Assembly: GCA_041736175.1 (NCBI GenBank)
Contig: JBGSUI010000148.1
Location: 63,640-127,639, forward strand
Reading direction: 5' to 3'
DNA length: 64,000 bases
Source: Oligoflexales bacterium
GTDB lineage: Bacteria; Bdellovibrionota_B; Oligoflexia; Oligoflexales; CAIYRB01
Numbering within the stretch: the first letter of the stretch is position 1; each line of letters starts with the position of its first letter. Positions 10,359-20,193 of this stretch are shown here, piece by piece. Position numbers and translations under genes: made by a program. The notes beneath the pieces were generated by a model. That model worked only from the letters and a program-made list of their open reading frames with translations. It searched no databases and was not told the origin of the DNA.

Positions 10359-11753
10359 CTAAAAAGAGATCGCCTTATTTTTGTTTAATGTCGCCGTTGG
10401 TTTTTCCGGGATGATCAACCTAAGGACATCGAGGACCCCAAACCCGTAGGCGACGGTCGCTTTTCTCTGGGATGCCAAGAGCACGGACGTCTTGTAGGCT
10501 GCCAGCCCCTGTTTGGGATACTCCTGGCTAAAGAGAGCGAGGGCTCCGGTCACATGGGGAGTGGCCATGGAGGTTCCAGACCACTGGGCGTATTTGTTGC
10601 CGGGGAAGGCCGAGACGATGTCTTGGCCAGGAGCGCTGAGGTCGGGTTTAAAAATAGAAAGGACTTGGTTGTCTACTAGCCAAAGGTTGGGGCCTTGGCT
10701 CGAAAAGGCTGCTACTTGCTGTTCGCTGGTGATGGCACCGACGGCCAGAGCTTCAGGCAGACCTCCGGGGATTCCATTTGGAAAGGTACCGGAGTTGCCC
10801 GCAGCAAACACCGGGACGATCCCCAAGGCACTCCAGGAGGCGATCGCATAGCGGAAATGACTGGCCTCTTCGATATCAAAGGGCCCATCGCCTACCAAGT
10901 CGGCACCCCAGGAGTTATTGACGAGGTGGGGTTGGTCATCGGATTTGGGGTTGCCATCCGGATCGGCGATCCACTGCATCGCTTCGATAAGCTCAGAATC
11001 CACACCGGATCCGTCAGCCCCGAAGACCTTGCCGACGATCAGAGAAGCTTCGGGCGCAAAACCCGTGTTGACTCCGGCGATTGTACCCGCCACGTGGGTT
11101 CCGTGGCCGTGGTCGTCATAGGGATTGCCAAGATGGGCGACGAAATCTCTAAACACTGTTTGTTGACTGGTCTCTTTAAACTCAGGATGGCGTGACTGGA
11201 TTCCCGTATCCAAAATCCCTACCCGAACCCCCTTGCCACGGAGGCTTGGTTTAAGACCCCGTAGGGCATAAAGGCCGGACTGCTCCAGTCCCCAAAGTCT
11301 TTCGGCCTCGTTGGTGAGTTCACTTAGGGAGTCGGTGACTTTGAGGTCACCCATGGGGCTGATAAACCGCCGCCGCCGGTCTTCGATCACCCGGTGGACC
11401 CAGGCTTCGGTTTTAAGGGTTTCCGCCTCTTGGGGGGTGATGTCCACGGTTGCAGCATGGGCAATCCAAAGGTCCTTAGGCATAGCCTTGGAGGCAGACT
11501 TTTTTGAGTTTAGTTTTTGGCTGAGAAGGCGCACATAGTTTTTGTTTATGGACTGGGCTGTGGTTTGGTATTGCTGCCGGCTTTGGGATGAGATTTTGGC
11601 AAAGGATTTAGAGCCTGTTTTAGCTTCCTTAAGCGAGAGAGATTTTTCGCTCCCAGAGTCGTAGCGAAAGACCACGATATAGGATTTAGCCAAAGCCTCA
11701 CGGCCTGACATAAAGAGGAGGGTGCTTAAGCAGATATTTCTGAGATTTTTCAT
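10359..11753 (-). CDS. Secreted subtilisin-family (S8) serine protease with I9-like propeptide
   Basis: Catalytic motifs ILDTG, HGTHVAGT and GTSMATPH; oxyanion AAGN; signal peptide followed by YIVVF propeptide start. Confidence 0.93.
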   Translation of the reverse strand: MKNLRNICLSTLLFMSGREALAKSYIVVFRYDSGSEKSLSLKEAKTGSKSFAKISSQSRQQYQTTAQSINKNYVRLLSQKLNSKKSASKAMPKDLWIAHAATVDITPQEAETLKTEAWVHRVIEDRRRRFISPMGDLKVTDSLSELTNEAERLWGLEQSGLYALRGLKPSLRGKGVRVGILDTGIQSRHPEFKETSQQTVFRDFVAHLGNPYDDHGHGTHVAGTIAGVNTGFAPEASLIVGKVFGADGSGVDSELIEAMQWIADPDGNPKSDDQPHLVNNSWGADLVGDGPFDIEEASHFRYAIASWSALGIVPVFAAGNSGTFPNGIPGGLPEALAVGAITSEQQVAAFSSQGPNLWLVDNQVLSIFKPDLSAPGQDIVSAFPGNKYAQWSGTSMATPHVTGALALFSQEYPKQGLAAYKTSVLLASQRKATVAYGFGVLDVLRLIIPEKPTATLNKNKAISF

Positions 11754-11766
11754 AAAAAAAAGTCCT

Positions 11767-12648
11767 TTATGGGGTGAATGAGGGAGTGGCTAAGGCGTCA
11801 GGGGAGACGGTCCATGTGGTGGTGGACGAAGAAACCATGCTCGGGGTCTTTAAGGTAAAAGGCGCTGTAAAAGGGATTTTTTCACCGTTGACGTGAAGGG
11901 TCAGGTTACCCTTAAAACCCTGGGGAAAATGATAATCCAGAAACCTGACAAGCTCGCCGCGGGTTTTTTGGTCCACATTGGTCCGTAGTCCCGTCTGGAG
12001 GAGATTGGTCTCAATACGCACTGATTTGTCGGGGGTAAAGGTTTTGGAGCCAAAATCTACGGCTTTAACCTCGTAACTGATATTGCCGAAGGCATCGAGG
12101 TGTCCAGCTTTCAGAAGATTGAATTTAAAGGTTTTCAAATCCATCGCCGCTCCAGTGAGTTTTTTCGCGGGATTTTTGGTTTCATCTAATTTTTCAGAAC
12201 TAAAGATACCTTCCTCAGCAAGATTGCGGTCGTCCACCTCGTCAAGGGGTGCCTCGTAGTCCACGAGAAACATGACGTGTGAATCAGGTGGCACCACGTG
12301 TTGGTTGGCTAGGGGAAACGAGATCATCTGCACGACCCCGCCCTGATAAGGGGCTTTGGCGCGGTAGAGGGTGCCATATTCGTTGGTCCGTACATTGGTG
12401 GTGTAGGTTCTTGCATTGGGATAGAGTTTGGTGACGATGGCGCTCACGCCTTTACCTTTGGGGGTATTGTCGTAGGTGGTTTCATAGACCCAGAGGCCAT
12501 CTTCCATCAGGACTTCGAGATCGATTTTGCTATAGCCGTTAGTGACGAGTCCCGGTTGTCCGGGATAGGTTGAAACGGCACAGCTGCTTAAAAAGCCTGG
12601 CAAGATTCCATACATCATGCAGCGCATGATTCGAGGTACATGGGACAT
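11767..12648 (-). CDS. Hypothetical lipoprotein
   Basis: Lipobox FLSSC; GGAG RBS; 13 bp upstream of the S8 protease gene, same strand. Confidence 0.7.
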   Translation of the reverse strand: MSHVPRIMRCMMYGILPGFLSSCAVSTYPGQPGLVTNGYSKIDLEVLMEDGLWVYETTYDNTPKGKGVSAIVTKLYPNARTYTTNVRTNEYGTLYRAKAPYQGGVVQMISFPLANQHVVPPDSHVMFLVDYEAPLDEVDDRNLAEEGIFSSEKLDETKNPAKKLTGAAMDLKTFKFNLLKAGHLDAFGNISYEVKAVDFGSKTFTPDKSVRIETNLLQTGLRTNVDQKTRGELVRFLDYHFPQGFKGNLTLHVNGEKIPFTAPFTLKTPSMVSSSTTTWTVSPDALATPSFTP

Positions 12649-12828
12649 TAAAGACTCCAAGTTTAGGGTGGGAGAAGAATAGAAAAATTTTTAGGAGGGG
12701 ATCAAAAATTGACATAAAACAATAGCGTGTAACCCCATGCTACGCCCCGCTAGAAGGGGCGTCAATGGAGCAAATTGCCTAGTTTTGCGGCGTCAAGCGG
12801 CGAATAAACACTGGTTCAAAAAGAGAAA

Positions 12829-12859
12829 TGCCCTCTCTGGTTTATAGCCAGAGAGGGCA
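12829..12859 (-). terminator. Intrinsic terminator of the 12882-14972 gene
   Basis: 12-bp perfect stem TGCCCTCTCTGG/CCAGAGAGGGCA with a 7-nt loop, followed on the minus strand by TTTCTCTTTTT. Confidence 0.85.
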
Positions 12860-12881
12860 GCTTAAGACACGGAGATAAACT

Positions 12882-14972
12882 TTACTTTGTGGGAGCCCAC
12901 CGGGTCGCTTGGGATTCTTTTTCGCCAGTAAATAGGGTCGCACAGGGGTTGGTTTCTGTGGTAAACACAACCGAGTCTACTGCGAGGGCCGAATCGTAGT
13001 AGCTGTCACCAGCGTCGGTGACACCAATCCGCAAGGTGAGTGTCTTGCCTCTTTCCGTAGCTTCGTCGAGTTTATAGCAGAGAACCCGAGGTTGGATCAT
13101 CCCAGGATAGCAAGCACCGCTACCACCAGCTTCCGTGCCGCATTTAAAAGTGGCGCCAAGGGAGGGGCCTTGGTTTGACTTAGCCACATCCCATAGGGCT
13201 CCAGTGAGGTTTTTATCACCATCGTTCCAGGTGGTGGTATCCCATTCACCGCAAGCATGGCTGGCCGCTGCTGCACTGAAAGAAGAGACCTTAGAGCACT
13301 CACCAACCTTATCTTTGAGGACGGGGTCGTTGGCTCCTGCTAGGTCATTAAGGGTACCATTGGCGATAAAGTGGGGGGATTCGTCAAACTTCACATAGAA
13401 GCTATCGTTAAAGCTGGTGCCCACGTAGGTTGGGTATTCCATGGAAAAGAAGGCCGTACGGATCTGAATGCCCGTGGCGGTTGCTGGAACTTCCACTTTT
13501 TGCCAAATTTCAGAGGTTTTGCCGTCTTTGGGATCAAAGAGTGGAACCGAGTATTTGTTAAAGAGCTGGTTACCCGTGGTCAAGAGACAATACCCGTCGG
13601 TGACATCGGGGTTGCGGTTTGTCGCTTCTTTTGTAGCGGCTGCGGCCCCAAAGATTTCGATCGCGTTTTGGTTGGTGATGCGGACGTCCCCAAAGAAACG
13701 CCAGCCTTTTGCGGCAGTGTAGTCGTCGTAGTTTTTTACGTCGCCTACGAGTCCTTCGGAGATTCCTGTTTTGGTGTCGATTGCAGTATAGGTACACCCT
13801 AGATTGACTCCGTAACCACTTGCAGGACTAGGCCTGAGAATTGGATTCGCAGGCGTAGGGGGAGGAGTCGGGGGGTCAACTTTGGCGGTTTCGGTCGCAG
13901 CGGGTGGTGCAGGGGGAGTGGTGGGTGGTGCAACGGGTCCTGCCGCCGGAGGAGTGGGAACTGGGGGCTCTTCCACTTTGACGGTGGCTGGTGGTGGTGC
14001 TGGTGGTGGTGGCTGAACAAAGGTTAGATTAACCACACCGGTTTTCCAGGCACCTAAGAAATCGGTGACTTTGTTGTTGACGGTATTAAAGACTTCAAGG
14101 GTTTTGCCTTCTTGTCCAAGAGCTTTGCCTTTGGCTCCCACTTGGTCTTTAAACTTGTCGAGGACTCCGATACAGGGGATTTCCCCTTGGGTCGATGTTG
14201 GGGTTCCTGGTGCAGCGGTACCGATATTAGTCGCTGTCGCCGTGATGATACCACCCTGTTTGCATGCGGTCTCCTCTTGGCTTAGGACTGCCAAGAGAAA
14301 CTTTCCTTCGGTCGACCCGGAAGTCGTGACAAAAGGTGAGTCTGTGGTGAACACTACAGCGCCACCATAGGGGGTGGCTGCACTGCCGTCATTCTTTTTA
14401 AGGGAGACCACACCGGTCAAATAAGCCAGGCCAGCCTGTCCTTCGCCTTTGACCAGGAGGTATTCACCGTCTTGGTTTTTGTTAGCGATCTTAACCCGGT
14501 CCTTGTCGTCCAGAAAGGCACCGATCTTTTCGCCGTCGATCACCAATTGTTTCGAATCCGTCTCATAACGGGCAACGGAGACGATTTCAAATCGGGTAAA
14601 CTTGTTGGGTCCTACCTCGAAGGTCCTCTTCTTGAGGAGCGAGTAACTAGGGACTTTGCCAGCCCCTGCCGCAGGAACGTCGAGGGGGATGGGGATCTCC
14701 ACAGTCTTGCCTAAGTCACCTTTGAACTTGTCGGTGAGCTTAAAGCCTTTGACGATTTTAAATTTTGCCATCTTAACGTCGTCCCAACCCGCTTCTTTTT
14801 TCATGGTCGCGACCTGGTCGTCCACGAGGATATCGATCCCAAGCGCCTCTTTGAGGGCGGCCTCTGGATCTTTTATAGCGTCCTTGGCCTTCCCGCAGCC
14901 GCCACTCCCACCAAGACACAGGACCGCAGTGCCGAAAATCGACAGCAGTGGTCCTCTCCGTAAAAACCTCAT
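12882..14972 (-). CDS. Large secreted/lipo-protein with Pro-rich linker and C-terminal choice-of-anchor-L-like domain
   Basis: N-terminal signal ending in SGGC, poly-Pro linker, and C-terminal motifs FFSMEYPTYVGTSFNDSF and IGVTDAGDSYYDSALAVD. Confidence 0.65.
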   Translation of the reverse strand: MRFLRRGPLLSIFGTAVLCLGGSGGCGKAKDAIKDPEAALKEALGIDILVDDQVATMKKEAGWDDVKMAKFKIVKGFKLTDKFKGDLGKTVEIPIPLDVPAAGAGKVPSYSLLKKRTFEVGPNKFTRFEIVSVARYETDSKQLVIDGEKIGAFLDDKDRVKIANKNQDGEYLLVKGEGQAGLAYLTGVVSLKKNDGSAATPYGGAVVFTTDSPFVTTSGSTEGKFLLAVLSQEETACKQGGIITATATNIGTAAPGTPTSTQGEIPCIGVLDKFKDQVGAKGKALGQEGKTLEVFNTVNNKVTDFLGAWKTGVVNLTFVQPPPPAPPPATVKVEEPPVPTPPAAGPVAPPTTPPAPPAATETAKVDPPTPPPTPANPILRPSPASGYGVNLGCTYTAIDTKTGISEGLVGDVKNYDDYTAAKGWRFFGDVRITNQNAIEIFGAAAATKEATNRNPDVTDGYCLLTTGNQLFNKYSVPLFDPKDGKTSEIWQKVEVPATATGIQIRTAFFSMEYPTYVGTSFNDSFYVKFDESPHFIANGTLNDLAGANDPVLKDKVGECSKVSSFSAAAASHACGEWDTTTWNDGDKNLTGALWDVAKSNQGPSLGATFKCGTEAGGSGACYPGMIQPRVLCYKLDEATERGKTLTLRIGVTDAGDSYYDSALAVDSVVFTTETNPCATLFTGEKESQATRWAPTK

Positions 14973-15184
14973 GCCAAACTCCAATAAATGTGTGGTTATT
15001 CTTCCCTAAATAAACCGATGAAATATAGTTTGTAAACAGTATAACGCGATTGTTCGCCTCTGGGATAGGTTTTTTATAAGGTCGCTATATTTGTAGTTTT
15101 TTTTGTTGAATGAATGGGTTATACGATGAAATTAGGTGCAGATATTACCCAGCTGCTTAGACCCGATTGGAATCAGAATTCAAT

Positions 15185-15814
15185 ATGAATATAAAACAAA
15201 TTATTTTTGCTTATCAAAATGGCTATTTCCCTATGCCTGACCCCGATACGGGCGAGATCCTATGGCTCCAGCCCGATCCCCGAGCGATCATACCCCTCGA
15301 AGGTTTCCATGTCTCGCGAAGGTTAGCCCGCAGAATGGGTAAGAGTGGCTGGCAGGTGAGATTTGATCAGGATTTCGGCGGGGTCATGGCGGGCTGCCGG
15401 GATCGTCCGGACACGTGGATCACCGACGAATTTGTCGAGGCCTATACCAAGCTCCACCGATTAGGGGTCGCCCACTCGGTGGAGGTGTTGTGGAACGGGG
15501 AGCTTGTCGGTGGGACCTACGGGGTCGCATTAGGGGGAGCTTTTTTTGCTGAGTCGAAGTTTCACCGGGCGACGGATGCTTCAAAGATCGCCCTCTACGC
15601 CCTAGTCGAGCGGATGAAGGAGCAGGGGATGCTGTTGCTAGAGGTGCAGTTTGTGACCGAGCATCTCAGATCCCTCGGTGCTGTGACAATTTCGAGGGAT
15701 GAGTACGCCACCAGACTCCAAGAGGCCTTGAGTTTGCCTGTGGATTTCTCCCAGGCAGAGGATCGTGAAGCGTTGTTTAGGCCGTCACCTGGGCTTGTGT
15801 CTGGACGATCTTGA
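15185..15814 (+). CDS. aat: Leucyl/phenylalanyl-tRNA--protein transferase
   Basis: AYQNGYFPM, PDPRAII, TWIT, AHSVEV, LVGGTYGVALGGAFFAES and DASK. Confidence 0.93.
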   Translation: MNIKQIIFAYQNGYFPMPDPDTGEILWLQPDPRAIIPLEGFHVSRRLARRMGKSGWQVRFDQDFGGVMAGCRDRPDTWITDEFVEAYTKLHRLGVAHSVEVLWNGELVGGTYGVALGGAFFAESKFHRATDASKIALYALVERMKEQGMLLLEVQFVTEHLRSLGAVTISRDEYATRLQEALSLPVDFSQAEDREALFRPSPGLVSGRS

Positions 15815-16091
15815 CGATGCTACCTTTGCGCACCGCCCGCAACCCGACCACCGAAAGAGAGGCCAGAAACAGCTCATAGGCCTCCTCTTGGGAGAGGCGA
15901 CGGGGAGCGAAGATCTGGATTTTTGAGTTTACAGTGGGCTCCATAATAAAGGCCAATTCAGTCCAGCGAGCGACGTCTTTAACGATGATGCTGAGGAGGG
16001 TAGGTTCAGGGTAGTGCAGGTCCACTGTTTTGGCCTGACCAGTCTCCTCAGGGGAGAGATCTTGAAGGTTTTCCGGATTTCTAGCGGTCAC
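15777..16091 (-). CDS. Stand-alone secretin (GspD) N0-domain-like protein
   Basis: VDLHYPEPTLLSIIVKDVARWT..FIMEPTVNSKIQIFAPRRLSQEEAYELFLASLSVVGLRAVRKGSIVKIV follows the GspD N0 pattern. No signal peptide and no secretin barrel. Confidence 0.7.
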   Translation of the reverse strand: MTARNPENLQDLSPEETGQAKTVDLHYPEPTLLSIIVKDVARWTELAFIMEPTVNSKIQIFAPRRLSQEEAYELFLASLSVVGLRAVRKGSIVKIVQTQAQVTA

Positions 16092-16157
16092 TTGGTGTTG
16101 CCTTTACAGTTGGTTAAGGGTTGGACCTAGAAAGCCTATATACCAACCCCGTCTCTA

Positions 16158-16184
16158 CCATCGGAATCACCAGGAAAAACTTAA
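16158..16184 (-). promoter_or_regulatory. Sigma28/FliA-like promoter
   Basis: TTAA-N15-TCCGATGG on the minus strand, upstream of the N0-domain gene. Confidence 0.4.
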
Positions 16185-16327
16185 CTATGTTTTATGATTT
16201 CCAATAAAAAACCAGGCTGAAGCCGGCATGATGGCGGACCAAGGGTGCAAGTCTGGGCTTGGAAGTCCGCCCCATCGGTGCCATAAAAGGAGGAGGGTGG
16301 AGTCTTAACAGGTGAATCGGGGAGGCA

Positions 16328-16813
16328 ATGGTGGAAACAATAGAAGTGAGTCCCGAGGTTTCTCACGAATCCCGTCCGACTCAGGGGACCGGCAAGACTT
16401 TTAATCTGGATGAAATACCGGTGGGCGAAACCACGCCGGTCCTCACCCAGGAAGACCTCAATCGGGTCTTAGCGGCCCATGCCCAGTGGATCGCCGGCGT
16501 GTTTGATCTGGACCAGTCTATTCCACCGGGACGAGCCCATCTCACGGGGGTCGATCTGACGCCTTTTAATCTGAGGTACCGGGATCTCTCGGGCGCCCAG
16601 CTTTCCGGGGCGGTGTTGCAGGAGATGGATCTGACGGGTGTCAACCTGACGGCCGCCAACCTCAACGGTGCCAACCTAGCATGCGCTAACCTCGGCGGTG
16701 CCAAGCTGCGCGGAGCTAAACTCCACGGGACGGATCTGAGGGGTGCAGACCTGACGGGGGTCAGCCTTGCAGGGGTCGATTTAAGCCATGCAATTCTTAA
16801 ATCGGATCCGTAA
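16328..16813 (+). CDS. Pentapeptide repeat protein
   Basis: A(N/D)Lxx repeats such as AANLNGANLACANLGGAKLRGAKL; GGAGG RBS. Confidence 0.9.
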   Translation: MVETIEVSPEVSHESRPTQGTGKTFNLDEIPVGETTPVLTQEDLNRVLAAHAQWIAGVFDLDQSIPPGRAHLTGVDLTPFNLRYRDLSGAQLSGAVLQEMDLTGVNLTAANLNGANLACANLGGAKLRGAKLHGTDLRGADLTGVSLAGVDLSHAILKSDP

Positions 16814-16957
16814 TGTGGAGCTAGATGATGTAAAGCCAACAATATCAGAAGATAAAACCAAAGTGTATGATAGCATCATACACTTTTGGGTGAAATGTGT
16901 CTTCTGAGAATTAACACATGGCATAATATCTATAATACTAATGGGATAAGCCATCTG

Positions 16958-17317
16958 TCAGCCACCAGCGCGCACCACCTTAAGGTTTTTTTTGAGGGCA
17001 TAGGCCTCTACTTTGGAGCGGAGGTCGCCCCGAAGTTCGATGGTTCCGTCTTTAAAAGTCCCACCGACCCCAAAGGCTCCTTGGAGGTCTTTGGTCAAGG
17101 CGACTGCTTGGGACTCCGTCAGGGGCAGATTAAACAGCACGGTGACCGTCTTACCGCCTCGGCCTTTGGTCTCAAGGCGCATTTTGATCGGCCCCGCGCT
17201 AAGGGGCTTAGTCGCGCCCCGGTCGTCTTGGGTGTCAGTAGAGATGTGTTTAGTCGAATAGACGGGTTTATCTGCCAACGGTAGCTCCCTTTGCTCGTCA
17301 AGAGTTCTCAGGTACAA
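16958..17317 (-). CDS. yciH: Translation initiation factor SUI1/YciH family protein
   Basis: ETKGRGGKTVTV, GVGGTFKDGTIELRGD and C-terminal AGG. Confidence 0.88.
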   Translation of the reverse strand: MYLRTLDEQRELPLADKPVYSTKHISTDTQDDRGATKPLSAGPIKMRLETKGRGGKTVTVLFNLPLTESQAVALTKDLQGAFGVGGTFKDGTIELRGDLRSKVEAYALKKNLKVVRAGG

Positions 17318-17326
17318 ACGCAGTCT

Positions 17327-18067
17327 TTAAAGATCGGGTTCGCTTGCAGTCGTTTGAGCGCTGTCTCCGCGAAATTGATAAACAACATTTCGTGAATAAG
17401 AGCGTCCGAGTGACTGGACATCGTAAGATACTAAAAGACTCAAGGAGGCAATGGGCTGAGCTTGGGTGCCCACATTCACGGTGCTGACCTGTTTAACTGA
17501 AAAATTGAGTTTATTGGCCCACATCACTTTAACTTGACTCGGGATGACGGCGACAGTCGCCAAATACTGACCCTGACCATCAAGGCTGCCGCCGTACTGA
17601 TGCATTAAAGTAAATTTAATTTCATATACATTCGCGCCAAAGATATTTTGCCCGACCGCGCTGTAAGAACGATAGACGATATCAGAAAATCCATTTAAAT
17701 CCGCAGCGCTGGTGACGCCTTTGGGCAGGGCATTGGCAAAATCGAAAGCAAGATTGACCACGGGCTTGTTGTTTTCGATGATGTTCCAGACGGCTTTACC
17801 TAAGTTGATGATCGCACCGTAGTCGATATTGGGGAGAGGCTGCGTCCAATGTGTGGTTGGAGACACACCCGTGGGCCCCTCCACTCCTTCGAGTGTTCCT
17901 TCGAGAGTTGGGATTTCCTCGATAAACTCCCGAACTATAGTCCGTTCTTCGAGCGAAGGATATTCCATGGATTCGCTAGGGTCTTCCGTGGCGGCCCCTG
18001 CCAAAGGGGTTATGAGTCCACTGATGGATAGCAAAAATCCTAACAGATTTATTTTAGCTAATTTCAT
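17327..18067 (-). CDS. Hypothetical secreted protein
   Basis: Signal peptide, GGAG RBS and beta-rich C-terminal region; no family recognised with confidence. Confidence 0.7.
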   Translation of the reverse strand: MKLAKINLLGFLLSISGLITPLAGAATEDPSESMEYPSLEERTIVREFIEEIPTLEGTLEGVEGPTGVSPTTHWTQPLPNIDYGAIINLGKAVWNIIENNKPVVNLAFDFANALPKGVTSAADLNGFSDIVYRSYSAVGQNIFGANVYEIKFTLMHQYGGSLDGQGQYLATVAVIPSQVKVMWANKLNFSVKQVSTVNVGTQAQPIASLSLLVSYDVQSLGRSYSRNVVYQFRGDSAQTTASEPDL

Positions 18068-18276
18068 ACAGGCTCCCATGATATGCGATGAATCTTGGTT
18101 AACACATATTTTGAACCTGGTAACATATTACGTTCATCTGGACAACTTTTTTAAGAATCCCCTCAAAGAAAAGGTCCCGATTGTTGTATATTTTAAACGC
18201 TCTCGATAGGATGTTGATGTTTGGGGTGGCCTTTACTGGCATCCAGTCAAAAAACGATCGAGAGGGGGAGTTTATC

Positions 18277-19998
18277 ATGCACCAAAAAATCGAGCCTAAG
18301 GTGACCCTAAAAGGAGACCTTCGTTTCCAGGTCTATTTTATGGTCTTTGTGACCCTTTTCCTATCCCAAGGGGGTTATTCCCAAAGCCCCAAACCCTTGA
18401 GCATTGGCACCTCTTCGGAGTTTGAGTCGCTCCACCCTTTGATTCAGTCGTCCGCATCTGCAAGCTATCTTACAGATATCACCATGCCGCCTTTGGTTTT
18501 TCTGGATGACGACTGGAAGTGGACTTGTAAGCTTTGCGAAACTGTACCGACTCTGGAAAATGGGCTGGCAAAAATCATCGAGGAAGGTGGAAAAAAACGC
18601 ATCCAGTCGACTTGGACCTTAAAGCCTCATTTAAAATGGGCCGACGGGACTCCCTTAACCGGTAAGGATTTTCAGTTAGGACTCGAAATCGGAAAATCAC
18701 CCCATGTCCTGATCCCCGATCGGGATACCTTTAGCCGCATCAACAGAATCCAGGTGGATGCTAAAATCCCTACAAAGTTTATCGTCTATTCGGAGGCTCT
18801 GGATTATCGGTTTGTCCGCCTTTCCGAACTCACTCCCATCCCCCATCATGTGGAAGGGGCCCTTTGGGAAAAACACAAGGGCCAACCCCAAGCTTACGAA
18901 AAAAATAGCCTCTATATCACAAAACCAGAAACCCAAGGACTTTGGTATGGGCCCTATGTGGTTAAGGAAGTAAAACTTGGCAGCCATGTGACCATGGTGT
19001 CCAATCCCCTTTGGCAAGAACCACCGCCAGCCTTTAGCCCGGTGATTTTTAAATTCATCGCCAACAACCAGACCCTCGAAGCCTCGTTGCTTTCTAAACA
19101 GATCGACCTGATCTACGAACTCAGTATTTTCCCCGATCAGTGTCTGGCTTTTGAAGATCGACTTACCAAGGATCGGGCCTTAGCCCAGCGTTTCCAAGTG
19201 CTCTATAAACCTGGGATCACCCTTGCCCAGTTGACCCTCAATGGTGAGCAGGTCCTTTTAAAAGACAAAGCCGTGCGCCAAGCGATCCAGATGGGGATCG
19301 ATCGGGAAAAGGTGGTGCAAGCTTTGTTTAAGGGAAAGTCGTCTCTGTCCCACCAATTTTTTTCGCCTCTTGACGAGCTTTACGATAAGACTCTAGCACC
19401 TATCCAGTACCAGCCTCGGGAGGCAGAGGCCCTACTCGACAAAGCCCAATGGAAAAAAGGGGAGAAGGGTCTTCGAAGTAAAGAGGGCGTAGTTTTGCGG
19501 TTTCAGCTTCTAGCAGCTTCGGGTGTTAAGACCCTGGAGGTTGTCCAGCAATACATCAAAGCAGAGCTCGCTAAAATCGGCATCGAAGTCTCCCTGAAAA
19601 ACGAGCCGGCCAGGGTGCTCTTTGGAGAAACTCTCCAAAAAAGGCGATTTGATGGGATGGCTTTGTTTTCGTGGGTAAGCAACCCGGGAGATATCCCCAG
19701 CACGTTGTTTAGATCTGATTCGATTCCGAGTGCCGAAAATAGCTGGTCTGGCCAAAATTTTATGGCTTGGAAAAATCCAAAGGTGGACGAGCTTATGGAT
19801 CAAGCTGCCCAAGAGTTGGACACCCAAAAGCGCATCCGCCTTATGGCAGAGTTTAACAAGCTTTACCGGGACGAAGCCCTGCAAATCCCCCTCTATCACC
19901 GCATCGAGTGTGCTATCATCCCAAAGGACTTACGTGGCTTTAAACTCTACGGCACTTTGACTAAGTCGGCTCACGATCTCCATCGGTGGAGTCGTTAA
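18277..19998 (+). CDS. Peptide/nickel ABC transporter substrate-binding protein (family 5)
   Basis: KWADGTPLTGKDF, GPYVVKE, VRQAIQMGIDR and NPKVDELM; no permease genes adjacent. Confidence 0.9.
   Translation: MHQKIEPKVTLKGDLRFQVYFMVFVTLFLSQGGYSQSPKPLSIGTSSEFESLHPLIQSSASASYLTDITMPPLVFLDDDWKWTCKLCETVPTLENGLAKIIEEGGKKRIQSTWTLKPHLKWADGTPLTGKDFQLGLEIGKSPHVLIPDRDTFSRINRIQVDAKIPTKFIVYSEALDYRFVRLSELTPIPHHVEGALWEKHKGQPQAYEKNSLYITKPETQGLWYGPYVVKEVKLGSHVTMVSNPLWQEPPPAFSPVIFKFIANNQTLEASLLSKQIDLIYELSIFPDQCLAFEDRLTKDRALAQRFQVLYKPGITLAQLTLNGEQVLLKDKAVRQAIQMGIDREKVVQALFKGKSSLSHQFFSPLDELYDKTLAPIQYQPREAEALLDKAQWKKGEKGLRSKEGVVLRFQLLAASGVKTLEVVQQYIKAELAKIGIEVSLKNEPARVLFGETLQKRRFDGMALFSWVSNPGDIPSTLFRSDSIPSAENSWSGQNFMAWKNPKVDELMDQAAQELDTQKRIRLMAEFNKLYRDEALQIPLYHRIECAIIPKDLRGFKLYGTLTKSAHDLHRWSR
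19883..19998 (+). repeat. Direct repeat copy 1 (3' end of the SBP gene)
   Basis: Aligns with 21086-21200; 16 substitutions over the last 105 nt, counted by hand. Confidence 0.92.
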
Positions 19999-20138
19999 CT
20001 TGGGAAATTCCGGTTCGAGCTTGGATCGACAACTAAAGTGGATTTTATAGGAAAAATCTCATAATTTCATTGACTTGAATTTTTGGTGAGAAGATATTAG
20101 GAAATTAAAATCATAAATACCAACTTAGGTGTATTTTG

Positions 20139-20155
20139 TGGCTTAATTTTTGCAT
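20139..20155 (+). promoter_or_regulatory. Sigma54-like promoter (-24/-12)
   Basis: TGGCTTAATTTTTGCAT (GG-N10-GC) about 40 bp upstream of ATG 20194. Confidence 0.55.
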
Positions 20156-20193
20156 GAGTAAGGTATTCGCTAAATCATTTGAAAAGGAAAAAA

